Shown in pieces: positions 50,363 to 63,348 of a stretch of 64,000 nt of DNA. The stretch spans positions 3,511,888-3,575,887 of the forward strand of contig NC_092676.1 in assembly GCF_964355755.1 (NCBI RefSeq), in the 5' to 3' direction. Each line of letters begins with the position of its first letter. Positions within the stretch are counted from its first letter, which is position 1. Position numbers and translations under genes: made by a program. The notes under the pieces are model-generated. The model did not search any database and was not told where the DNA came from. It saw only the letters and a list, made by a program, of their open reading frames with translations. This stretch comes from Antedon mediterranea. Its lineage: Eukaryota; Animalia; Echinodermata.

Positions 50363-52318
50363 ATGGCTCCTCATCATTGCTTGTTGTTCCTGATTATATT
50401 GTGTAGTATATTTTACGAATGTTTTGCACAAGTATATGTCTTCACAGAAGACCCGAAACCGGTTCTTGTTGCTGAAGGAAACACAGCAATTCTATCGTGC
50501 GCATGGAGGCCAGAATTGGATGAACGGCATACCTTTCAATGGGCATTTATCCATCAGGATGGTGGTAAGTCTCAATCAATTAGAATGTCAAATTAAAAAT
50601 ACAATCTAACAATCGACGCAACATCTTCTAATATTTTCATTTCCAATGTTGATTCTAATTACGCGGGAGACTACAGGTGTGATATCAGACACGGCGATAG
50701 AGACATTCTTTCTAAACAGGCTATTGTAGTGCTAGGAGAAATAACGTGCCATCCAGAATATGATAATGGTGAGATAGGAACAACGATGACATGTTCTTAT
50801 AATTCTTCTTATCCTTTTTTTATTTATGTACGATGGTATAAATCAGACAAACTAGTACTATCATACACACACGACAAACACGTTATAGAATCAATAGTTT
50901 TGACTGCTGAAGACGATGGAGCTGTGTTTACTTGTAAAGCTATCATCTCAAGTCAAGTATTAGGAACTTGTGAGACTACTCCGCTAGTATTGACTGTAGA
51001 TGCAGAGATTGAACAATCACCGCCAGGTACACTTCAGGTTGGTGATAGCTTTAATCTTACCTGTTCGGGGAAAGGTAATCCTGATTATTATAATTTTGCA
51101 TGGATGTGGAATGACAAACCTGTAGGATCGTCGCCACTACAAAATAAATTTGTAAAAGATAATGTGCTTACTGTGGCGAGTGTATCAAGCAGTGCCAATG
51201 GCAAAATAGTTACTTGTACCATTAGTCGTGATGGTCGTAACAGCAGTACAGCGAGATATACAATACACGTCTTAGAGAATACGCCTACTGTTACAAAGCC
51301 ACTATCAGCAAACAATGTCACAGATGAGCACCAAACATTGATTATTGTCATTGGCGTAGTTGCAACAGTTATTGTGATTTTGGTAACAGCAATTGTAATT
51401 TACATTTTACATAAAAGGAGTAAGAAACAGGATGGCAAAAAGACAAAACATGAAAGTGTAACATTGAAAGAACAAATGCATGGTAACACTGATCAAGACA
51501 TTATCAGTTCTGAACAATTTCGCGTAGAAAATAGACTTAGGCACGAAAAGATGATAACAAATTTGGCTGTATATGATGAGCCTGCAATGTCAGAAACTCA
51601 TGGAAACTTGGAGATTGTTTACGAAGATCCCGACGTGCCACCACATGAAAAATTAACAGAAAAATATAAATTCGATCATTTGGCATCAGAAGATACTCAC
51701 ATCACTAAAATGACAACTGAACCAGACAGCAAAAACGAGTATGACTATGCGGCAATAACAGACACCCACAGTGCCGAGATGACAGATGAAACAGACATTA
51801 AAAATAACTATGATTATGTGGTATCAGTAGACATCCACAGCACAGAAAATGAATATGACGATGTAACATCAGCAGACGATCAAAACGATGAAACAGAAAA
51901 TGAGTATGATTATGTGGAAACATCAGGCATAGGCGCCACAGAAAAAGAAGGCTCTGCAGAATACATTGAACTTGTTGATGACAACTTCAATGTCGACTGT
52001 CACCAGAGGAAGCCACTAACTAATATGCCTGCTGCATCTAAGTACAATGTTGCTTCAATGTCACAAACTTATAGAGCAAATGATAATGAGGCTGAGTACG
52101 AAAACAGTAAATTACATCGTTCCAAAGGTATCTCGACTTCTGACAACTCAAAGACCAAGTTATCACAGAGATCAACAAGAGATGGAATAACCATTTCATA
52201 TAATCGCGAAGATGACGTCACCAAGGTGCATACGAGTACAGTTGAAGTACCTGATACAAACGACGTGTACGAAAATGCATCGGTACGCACAAAAGCAGCG
52301 AAGGGTTCTAAGAAATAG
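50363..52318 (+). pseudogene. G12: 3-Ig receptor, class A tail, single nonsense codon
   Basis: ORFs 50363-50596 and 50729-52318 in frame; TAA at 50594-50596 where G13/G15 have TCA. Confidence 0.85.
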
Positions 52319-53802
52319 AGGAAGAAAAACAGAACGAAACGTACAGAATAGTAATACAAAAACCAACAATGAAAAAGTGCACAAACGCATATTATAATAG
52401 AGACTACTGTCTCCAACACGTACAGAGGTGTGACTTATTCTTAAAAGTATTGTGAGACTAGTATGGGCCATGACACTTTCATGTTAAGAGAAATAGAAAA
52501 GAAGGCTAAATATATACGTTTATATCTTGAATTATTATAGCATGAGTTAAAAAAATATTGCAATTTTATTTAAGGAAGTAAATCAAAAATATTATATTAG
52601 AAATAATCAATTCTGAGATGAACATAAACCAGAAAAGGGAAGGGTAGGAAGTATTAACAGATGGTTACCAAGAATTAAAACCGTACAGAAAAGAGGAGAG
52701 AAAAACAGAATAAAATTCATCGATAACATATCCTTATTTGGCATGAAATAAGCAACAATAACATATCAACATGTGCAAGTACACGTGATCGCCAACACGA
52801 TTTTTCCATGTTTCTATATAAAACTACGATTTTATACGTCATTAGATTTCTATATAAATATAATTTAAATATTAAACTTTAAGCAACAACTTATTATTGA
52901 TCAATATTTACACGTTGCAAATTAGTAATTTTGTGAATATATATTTAATGTATTTCGTATAATTTATATAAATATTTCTATTTATATTTTTTGCTTTAAG
53001 GCTATCATTTGTTTACTACAATAGGTTTAGACTAGTTCAGACTTATGTTTTTCTTAGCAGAATAAATAAATAAATAAATAGTATCAGATATCACAAATGT
53101 GTGAAGGAATACGTTTAAAATGGTAACGTACCGTATTGTAAATATATAGTATCTTATTTCATAATGAATAACATTAAAAATATTATTTTTATTCTCTCAG
53201 CTTGAGTGTAGGCCTACTACTCACAGTACGGTCATGTAAATAATAGTATCTTATTTCATAATGGATAACAAAAATATATTTCATTGAATATGTAATTAAT
53301 TGTTGCTATAATCGATTATTATTATTAAATATATTATAAAGAGCCATCAAATTAAACTTCGTTTGTACTTGTTTGTTGATTAAGGAACAAATGAATGAAA
53401 AGAGCAGCAGTTGAGATCAACGTACGAGAATAAGAAAGTTGTAACAGAATAGTTACTAGGAAGACTTTGAGAATGTATGCAAAGCGACAAATATAAATGT
53501 TAAAGGTCATAGCTTGGTTCCTTAAAAAAATACAAAATGCGTTTTCTTTTACGAAATAAGGCCAAACATATCAGGGAAACGACATCCTTCTAAACATTGC
53601 ACTGTATATAGTTCTTGATACATTTAAAACATTTCTGAAATAACTGTCCCGAAATGGAATTTGTTTAAAAGATATCTACACTAGAGTAAAAAACATCATG
53701 TGGTCCATGTCAGTTGTTGTGCAGTTGGGCTCTCTTGATTATACTTTACGTTCCGGATTACATCAGTCGCATGTTAACCAGGACTCAGCCCGGAGGTCAA
53801 CC

Positions 53803-54686
53803 AACTACCAGATCCATCTCTAATTGTAATTATATTGTTCCTCGACCTTCATTAGAGATTTTTAGTCGCGTGGAAGCGACTCTATAGTTCACTATGTCGG
53901 TCGGTCGGTCGGTCTGTCGGTCTGTCTGCGCAAAATTCATTTTTAATCAACTTTCTACGCGTTTCTTGTCATTTTGAGCATGTCAAAAATTCCCATACGC
54001 GCGCGAATTTTTACGCGCGTGGTGCGCACGTAGCGTTAAATACATACTTTTTCGCGTGATTTATGTTTTTGCAGCCTTTTCTAATAATTTTACCATCTTT
54101 TAAACAATTTCGACTTAAAATTACGTCATACGAGCACGTCGAATTGGATAATTTGCGCACGTTTTTGATGAAAAAGTTAAAAAATTCGTCAAAATTATGC
54201 CTTTTTAGTCGCGTGGACGCGACTATAGTTCACTATGTCGGTCGGTCTGTCTGTCCGTCTGTCTGTCGGTCTGTCTGTCGGTCCGGTATCATTATGCATT
54301 GTAGCACGCGACTTAATGGCTGTTGGCCTTGTTAAACAATGTTTCAGTTATAAAGCGCCTATGTATTTTAATATGATTCCTAAAATCATTCGACAATCTG
54401 AAAATATTATTTCCTTTAAACGTGAACTTAAAGAATTTATTTCCAGCTAATATTGTTCGTATTATATATATATATTTTATCTGTCAACGATTTTAACTTT
54501 TATATGAATTTTATAACCATTGTAAATTTTTAGGCCTAATTTATGTCATTTGAATATTCAATATTTTATGTGTTTTACTGTATGTATGTTTTATCGAGGG
54601 CCCTAAATGATCAGTTCAATTAGGAACTGGATAGGCTACCCTCAGTAAAGATGGAAATAAATAAATAAATAAATAAATAAATAAAT
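53803..54686 (+). mobile_element. 3' end of an L2/CR1-type LINE, split by a nested element
   Basis: Rejoined frame TTRSISNCNYIVPRPSLEIF|KQCFSYKAPMYFNMIPKIIRQSENIISFKRELKEFISS* resembles a LINE ORF2 C-terminus; ends in (AAAT)n. Confidence 0.65.
53861..54333 (+). mobile_element. HINE/Helentron-like element with duplicated head
   Basis: TTTAGTCGCGTGGA..CGACT..CTATAGTTCACTATGTCGGTCGG + (GTCT/GTCG)n occurs twice (53861, about 54203); ends TGGCCTTGTT; inserted in a T-run; short inverted relative at about 34549-34627. Confidence 0.6.
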
Positions 54687-55059
54687 TTCTCATTAGGAAG
54701 TTCTTTTTCATATAGAAATGAATGATAATTATCTATATAGTAATTACGCTCTATGCACGGAAATTGCGAATCTACCGAAAATTAGCAGGAGGCATTTGAA
54801 GATCAGAAGTGTTCTTAACCTAGGCCTAGTGTCTAGAACAACTTTGGTAGTTGTTGACATTATGCATGAGGTCCTGTGTGTTATTGAACAACAATACCCC
54901 ACATAGATTTAATGTGCATTAATATATATCTAAGAAGTTTTTTTGTGGACAACAATATCTAAATGCAAATATACTAAAAATAAAACAATAAGAACAAATT
55001 TATAAAACGTATAACATGAATAATAATCTAATGAAAAGAATCTACAGAACAAACAACGA

Positions 55060-55720
55060 AAACTGCACCAACGACGCACCTTCATAGACACTTGTTTTGA
55101 GAATGTTTTGTCCCTAAATTAGAGGTTAATGCCAGGTATGATCTATTAAGGCTTTTATTATGTGAAATTTTTAACTTTCAACATTTGCAAACTACTGTCC
55201 CTACGTACAAGGGTGTGACTTTAAAGTATTGTAAGACTAGTATGGGCCATGATACTTCCATGGTAAGAGAAATAGAAAAGTAGGTTAAATATATACGTTA
55301 ATATCTTGAATTATTATAGCATGAGCATTGTATTGTAATTTTGTTTAAGTAAGTAAATAAAAAAATATTATAATGTTAGAAATAATAAACTCTGAAATGA
55401 ACATTAAGCAGAAGAAGGGAAGGAAGGAAGTACAAACAGATGATTAGCAAGAATTAAAACCGTACAGAAACGAGGAAAGAAACAGAGAATATAAAGTTCG
55501 TCGATAACAAATCCTAATTTGGCATGAAATAAGCAACAATAAAATATCAATATATGCAAGTACACGTGATCGTCCAAACGGTTTTTCCATGTTTCTATAT
55601 AAACTACGATTGTATACGTCATTATATTTTATATAAGTATAATATAGATATTAAACGTTAAGACATACAAAAGTAGGTAGTAAAAGGTAGATATGTACAC
55701 GTTGCAAATTAGTAATTTTA
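55060..55720 (+). repeat. Orphan copy of the receptor 3' flank without a coding region
   Basis: ATCTATTAAGGCTTTTATTATGTGAAATT...AGACTAGTATGGGCCATGATAC matches the sequence following G1, G4, G10, G12 and G13. Confidence 0.7.
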
Positions 55721-57240
55721 TTGAATATGTAAGTAATATAATACATATTTCTATTTCATATTTTTTCTTTAAGATTATTATATTCTACATTCATTCTATA
55801 TTCTATCTCAGACTTTTGTAATATTTTTCCTTTAAACGCTGGAAGGAATTCATTACAAATGTTATTTTATTCTCTCAAGTGGAGTGTAGTCTATCGTTTT
55901 ATTTTACTACATATTGAATAACATAAATATATTTCATTGAATATGTAATTGGTTTTGGTTTTATTATAAGAGAGCAAACAAATTTAACATAATAAAGTGA
56001 TTTTTTTTTCAAATGTTTGTTTTACTTGTTTGTTGTGTGAATTTACATTTGAATATAAAACGACAAACATTGAAAAACGTTGAAAATTAAGCAATAATGG
56101 TTATTGTTTATTTATTTTTGTTTTTAGCTTTATATTTACATAAATAAAAAAATCTTAAATTAGGCTCTCAAAATGAGATTTCATTTAGGTTAGTTGATTT
56201 TCATCGTCATCATAATTATTCATTTCTGATTGTTTAAATAATTATTAAAAAAAAACAAAATTCAAAACATACAAGCAGGTATATACTTTGTGGTGCCACT
56301 ACTAGTTTGGTCCTGAGAAAACTTGCAATCCAAAAACATTGCACACATTTTACGGTGAAGAATATTAGAATTGGAACTTGCTAGTTATCATGTCAGTATA
56401 GTGGGCCTATTGTGTTTAGTTAATTCACCCTATATACGCTTTATTATTTATATTTTTTAAATTATCTTATGTTTTGTTTGTATTGTTTTTATTTTGATAA
56501 GTTTGCCACTGATAAACTAAAGTGAAGACCAATACTTAATAAAATAAATAATACGCACGCCCTCTTGAGGAAGCAAACGAAAGCTTGAAGCACGCCCTCT
56601 TGAGGAAGCAAACAGGAGTTTGAAGCCCTTCAATTCTACAATGTTTATTTAAAAACCTTTCTCAATAAAAAAAAATATGGTCGTGGACATATATTCAATA
56701 ATTAGGCCTCTTTTGATCTATTCATACAGAATAAGAAATACAAATGTATAACGAACATGCGACAATAGTAATTGGATATTTTTCTAAAAAATACCTTACA
56801 ACATTGTGTACCAGTAGATCACAACAACTTACGTTTTAGACCAAACCTTCACTGTGGGGGCGGTAAACATTTATAGTACAGTAGTTTCAGCTATTTTACC
56901 TATACAATAATGGAATAAGATGTTTACAAAACTTTAGAGCGGATACGCAGTTATTTCTGTATATACCAAGTGACCAGGTTTGATGTATCAATACAGTGAC
57001 TAGATACAGTACAGGAATCAGATCGAGTGAGTGTTTAAACTGAGTACGATTTCATAACAACGCGAGTATCGACTAACAATAAGGCTTACATTATAAACAT
57101 TACTGTTTAATCATCAGAATTTACCTACGTTTATTTGTATACGTTTTAATTTTATCATGAATATCTAGTTTGGAAATTGATTTAAACTGAACTAAAGTAA
57201 TAGAAGCTGAACTAGAAACTACCAAGTCACAGTGTTTATA

Positions 57241-59120
57241 ATGGCTCATCATCATTGTTTGCTGTGCCTGATTATATTGTATAGTATATTTTACAACTGT
57301 TTTGCACAAACATATCGATTCACAAAACATCCACAACGGGTTCTTGTTGCTGAAGGAAACACAGCAAGGCTATCATGTGTATGGAGACCAGAATTGTATG
57401 AACTGGATAACTTTGGATGGTCATTATTCCCTCAGGTTGGTGGTGAGTATCAACCAATTAGAATGTCAAATTCAAAATACAATCTAACAAACGACGCAAC
57501 GTCTTCACATCTTTCCATTTCTAATTTTGCTTCTAGTGACATAGGAAAATACAGGTGTGATATCAGACACGACAGAGACACTGTTTCTAAAGAGGCTGTT
57601 GTAGTGCTAGGAGAAATAACGTGCAATCCAGAATATGATAATGGTGAAATAGGAAGAACGATGACATGTTCTTATACTTCTTCTTATCCTTCAAATTTTA
57701 TTTATTTACAATGGTATAAATCAGACGAACAAGTACAATCAGACACCCAAGACAAACACGTTATAGAATCAATAGTTTTGACTGCTGAAGACGATGGAGC
57801 TATGTTTACTTGTAAAGCTTTCATCGGTTATCAAGTGATAGGAACTTGTGAAACTACTCCGCTAATACTGACTATAGATGCGGAGATTGATCAATCACCG
57901 CCAGGTACACTTCAGGTTGGTGATAGCTTTAATCTTACCTGCTCAGGGAAATGTAATCCTGATTATTATAATTTTGCATGGACGTGGAATGGCAAACCTG
58001 TAGGATCGTCGACATGTCAAAATATATTTGGAATAGGCCATGTGCTTACTGTTTTGGGTGCAACAAACAATGTGAATGGCATAAACGCTACTTGCACTAT
58101 TAGTCGTGATGGTCGCAACAGCAGTACAACGACCTATACAATAAATACAGTTTTCGTAAATGTGACCTCTACAACGACACATTCACACACGACACCAGGT
58201 ATACATACACAAAATGCAAGTATATATAAACTATCAGAAACTACTAGACTAAAGATTGTCATTGGAGCCGTTTCAGTAGTGTTTGTGATTTCGACGACAG
58301 GAAATATAATTTCTTTTTAAGGAAAAGGCGCCAAAAAACTAAACGAATAAGCCTACAATTAAAGTCAATGAATGACATTGAACAAAAGACTGCAGATTCT
58401 GACGTTCATGAAAACATGGTGACAGTTTTGACTGTTGATAAGTTTGGGATTTCAAAAGAGTCAAACGCAGAAGACAATTTAACCACTATGTCATGTGATA
58501 AACGTACACTGGCAGCACGTGACCAATTACAAGACAACGTTGATTATGATTGTGTGGCATCAGACGACAATCGAAGTACTGACATTACAGTAAACAGCAA
58601 CAATGAATGCCATGATTCGGCATTAGTAGACATTCACAACGATGAAATGACATCTGAAACAGGCAGTGAATATGAGTATGATTATGTGGAGACATCAGGC
58701 ATAGGGGCCACAGAGAATAACGGCACTGCAGAATACCTTGAGGTTGTCGATGACAACGCTGATGACGATCCCAGAAGAAATGCACTAAAAACAGAAAATA
58801 CTAGGCCTACAGCTGGTGAGTACAATGATGCTTCAATGTCACAAACTTATATTTCCATAAATACTAGAACCAATGATAAAGAAACTGAGTACGAAAACAG
58901 TAAATTACATTGTCCCAAAGATGTCCCGACTTCTGACAACTCAAAGACCGAAAGTGTTAAATTATCACAGAGATCAAGAAGATATGGAATAACCATTTCA
59001 GATAATCGCGAAGATGACGTCACCAAGGTGCATGCGAGTAAAGTTGAAGTACCTGATACAAACGACGTATACGAAAATGCATCGGTACGCACAAAAGCAG
59101 TGAAGTGTGATAAGAGATAA
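57241..59120 (+). pseudogene. G13: chimeric receptor with 1-bp deletion at end of TM
   Basis: ATAATTTCTTTTTAAGG versus ATAATTTTCTTTTTAAGG in G10 gives TAA at 58318-58320; tail continues in ORF 58368-59120. Confidence 0.85.
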
Positions 59121-62100
59121 AAGAAGAAAAACAGAACCAAACGTACAGAATATTCATGCAAAAGCAAACAATCAAAACTACACTGACGCATATTATCATA
59201 TAGTCTTTTTTATGAATGTTTAATCTATTAAGGCTTTTATTATGTGAAATTGTTATATGTTACTACTGTCCCCAACACGTACATGGGTGTGACTTATTCT
59301 TAAAAGTATTGTAAGACTAGTATGGGCCATGATACTTTCATGGTAAGAGAAATAGAAAAGTAGGCTAAATATATACGTTGATATCTTGAATAATTATAGC
59401 GCAATCTAAATACTGTAATTTTTAAGGAAGAAAATAACAAAATATTATATTAGAAATAATCAACTGTGAGATGAAAATTAACCAGAAAAGGGAAGGGTAG
59501 GAAGTATTAACAGGTGATTAGCAAGAATTCAAATAGTACAGAAACTAGTAAAGAAAAACAGAATAAAGTTCATCGATAATATCCTTATTTGGCAGTCTTC
59601 TCTAGCATCCACATATATGCTGGGTCCGACTGTTGAAGGGTTCCTTGACTGGGTTAGCTTCTTAGCTTGAACTAGGATCGCACTGAAGGAGATTGCTTAA
59701 TTTAATCCAGGGGTCACGATAGTATGGTAATTTTGTGAATATGTATTTAATATATTTCGTATCATAAATATAAATATTTCTATTTTATAGTTTGGCTTTA
59801 ATGCTATAATTTGTTACTGTATATTTATAACTGCAAAGTTAACGGACAAAAACCTCGCATAAATCACTTGAATTGAGAGGTATAGAGAAATTGAACAGTA
59901 CATTGTTAATTTTCTTTAAATAGTTAATAGACTTTTATTTCGCATCTTTCTTTCTTTGTTTAAATGAAATCTGTTTTGACATTTTTGTATATTAATAGGC
60001 ATGTGTTTTGTAACTTTTAACGGTTACTTTATTATTACTTGTATTAATTTTTAATGTAACCGAGTAAATTATGTAATTTATTGTTTTATGACATACGATA
60101 CAGGAAATAAATAAAATTTGCTCCAATAATTTTAGACTAGTTCAGACTTATGTGTTTTTTATACAGAGAATAAATAAATAGTATCAGATATCACAAATGT
60201 GTGAAGAAATACATTAAAAATATTATTTATTCTCTCAGCTTGAGTGTACTACTTACAGTACGCTCATGTAAATATATATTTAATTGAATATGTATAAGTA
60301 ATTGTTTCTGTAATTGATTATTATAAGAGAGCAGACAAATTAAAGTTAATTTAAAGTTAATTTTTTCCAAATGTTATTGTACTTGTTTGTTGATTAAGGA
60401 ACAAATGAATGGAAAGGGTACCAGTTGAGATCAACGTTAACGAGAATAAGAAAGAAAGTTGTAACAAAAAAATAATAATATGACTGTGTAAAATCAGCAA
60501 ACAATCAAAACGATGAAATGACCACTGAAACAGACATTGAAAATGAGGATGATTATGTGGAAACATCAGGCATAGGCGTCAATAAAGGCTCTGCAAAATA
60601 CATTGAGGTTGTTGATGACAACACTGATGCTGATTCCTTGATTGCCCTACTAAAAAAGAAACTAATAGGCCTACTGTGGCTGAGTACAATGATGCTTCGA
60701 TACCACAAAACTATATTTCAATAAATACTAGAGAAACTGATAAAGAGGCTGAGTACGAAAACAGTACATCGTCTTAAAGGTATCTGGACTTCGACGTATA
60801 CGAAAACGCATCTGTACGCACAAAACCACTGAAGTCTGCAAGGAAATGGAAGAAGCAAAACAGAACCAAACGTAAGATCAAAAACAACAATTAAAACGGC
60901 ACCAAACAATACATTACATTAAATACCTCTTTAAAAAAATAAATATCTGCCATTTCAGTTTTCCAGGTATGATTTATTAAGGCTTTTGTTAAATGAAATC
61001 TTTATCTTTCACTATTTCCAAAATACGCAATAATGACTAAATTACACGTTGAAATGTACAGTAATTAATTGGTTTGTGTTTAAGAAAGTAAATTGAAATA
61101 AATTACAGAGATGAATATTAACCAGAACATGAAAGAGTAGGAAGTATTAGAAAATAATTAGCAAGATTTAAAATCGTACAGGAAAACAAATCAGCAAACA
61201 TAAGCATTCTAACGTGATTGCCAAAATAGTCTATGATGGTTCTCTAAAACCTCGACTATACGTCATTAGATTTATATAAATATAATACAACTAATAGACT
61301 TTAAGCAAGAACTGAATTATTCAGTTATTTACACGTTACAAGTTTCTAATTTTGTGAATATACATTTAATAAAATAATTGTACCAGGTATTACACACGTT
61401 GGAAAGAAAGCTATCTTACACTTTGGTAATTTTTATTAAAAGACAGACAACTTTAACTTAATAAAGTTAAGGAAGGAAAAACATTAAAAGTGAAACCATT
61501 AATTTCTTTATTATTGCTTTAACTCTAGATTTGACTTGCATTTCGGTTCAATGTACAATTTACATTCGCACGGAGACGGCGCCGTTCAATTCTTTATAGA
61601 ATGTATATTTAACAAAACGGCGCCTTCAACTCCGTGAAACAGAATAAGTTAGGCGTACATTTTATTTTACGGTAATGTAATAGAAAAATAGATTTCATTA
61701 AATATATAATTATTTTTTTAGATTATGTAATCGATTGTCATCGTAAAAGAGCAAACAAATTTAACTTTTAATAAAAGTATGTATTATTTAAAAAACTGAG
61801 ATCAACGGTAACGACAATAAGAAAGAAAGTTGTAAATACAGATAATTATGATTTTGCGAACGAATTTATAAATGTGAAAGGCTATTAGTGAAGCTGATGA
61901 AACTCAATATGGAAACAATTAAGAAAATGCCAAGTTATTGATACTTTCTACATTTAGAAAATTGCTCAAAATAACTTTCCCCTAATGGACCTTGTTTAAA
62001 AGGTATCTAGAGTAGAGGAACAAATAATACATTAATTCGTTTTCTTAATTATTGATCAATAACTCACTAATATGTAAAATATATATAAGAACTCGTGGAC

Positions 62101-63348
62101 AGCATTAACTAAATGAAAAAAGACTAAAAATTTAAAAAAACACGAATTTATAAAACATAAATTATAACCTAATGAACAGAAGAAAAAAAAACAAATACAG
62201 GACTAACTAAACATAGCTTATGGACGAAAAATAAATGAAAAGACATCGTTAATAATTGAAATTAAAAAAACCGAAATATTTCTAAAGAGAAAAATCATGA
62301 TATATGTAAGAAAGTTAGAATTGCTTTTTCAAATAATTTAGTTATAGTGTGCTAAGTGAAGACCAATTAATTTCAATTCAATTAGTGGTTATTATTATAT
62401 TTAATATAACTACGACCGCCAGAGAAAGCAAAGAAGGGTTGGGAGCCCTCTATTTCAATTTTACAAAGCTTATTTAAAACTTTCCTAAATAAAATAATAG
62501 GCTTCTCCTTATCTATTCATATAGAACCAGAAATACAAATGTGAAATCGTATAAACGAAGATGCGACAATAACAAAAATCGTTTTCAACATTATATACAT
62601 TACAACACAGGGATACTTCAGTTTTAGTCAAAATCGTCACTCTAATAAGATATGTTTAGTGTGGATGCGCAGTTATTTTTGTATATATCATGACTGTGAC
62701 CAGGTTTGATGTATGAATACAGTGACTAGATACAGTATAGGAATCAGATCGACTGAGTGCTTAAACTGAGTACGATTTCATAACGCGAATATCGACTAAC
62801 AATAAGGTTTACATTATAAACACTATTGTTTAATCATCAGAATTTACCTACGTTTATTTGTGTACGTTTTTGTTTCATCATAAATCTCTATTTTGGAAAT
62901 TGATTTAAACTGAACTAAAGTAATATTGGAAGATGAACTAGAAACTACCAAGTCGCAGTGTTTATAATGGCTCATCATCATTGCTTGTTGTGCCTGATTG
63001 TATTGTATAGTATATTCTACGACTGTTTTGCACAAATATATCGATTCACAAAACATCCAAAACCGGTTCTTGTTGCTGAAGGAAACACAGCAAGGTTATC
63101 ATGTGCATGGATACCAGAATTGGATGAACGGCATAACTTTCGATGGGTATTCTTCCCTCAGGATGGTGGTCAGTTTCAAGTACTTGAGAGATCAAATTCA
63201 AAATACAATTTAACAAATAACGCAACTTCTTCACATCTTTCCATTTCTAATTTTGCTTCTAGTGACATAGGAAAATACAGGTGTGATATCAGACAAGACA
63301 GAGACACTGTTTCTAAAGACACTGTTTCTAAAGAGACTGTTGTAGTGC
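57870..63348 (+). repeat. Older/looser segmental duplicate of about 41760-50730
   Basis: G13 3' half = G10 3' half, G14 relic corresponds to G11, G15 promoter and Ig1 correspond to G12. Confidence 0.75.
60478..60850 (+). pseudogene. G14: tail-only relic at the position equivalent to G11
   Basis: TTETDIENEDDYVETSGIG..GSAKYIEVVDD; 3' flank matches that of G11 (45680-45750). Confidence 0.75.
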
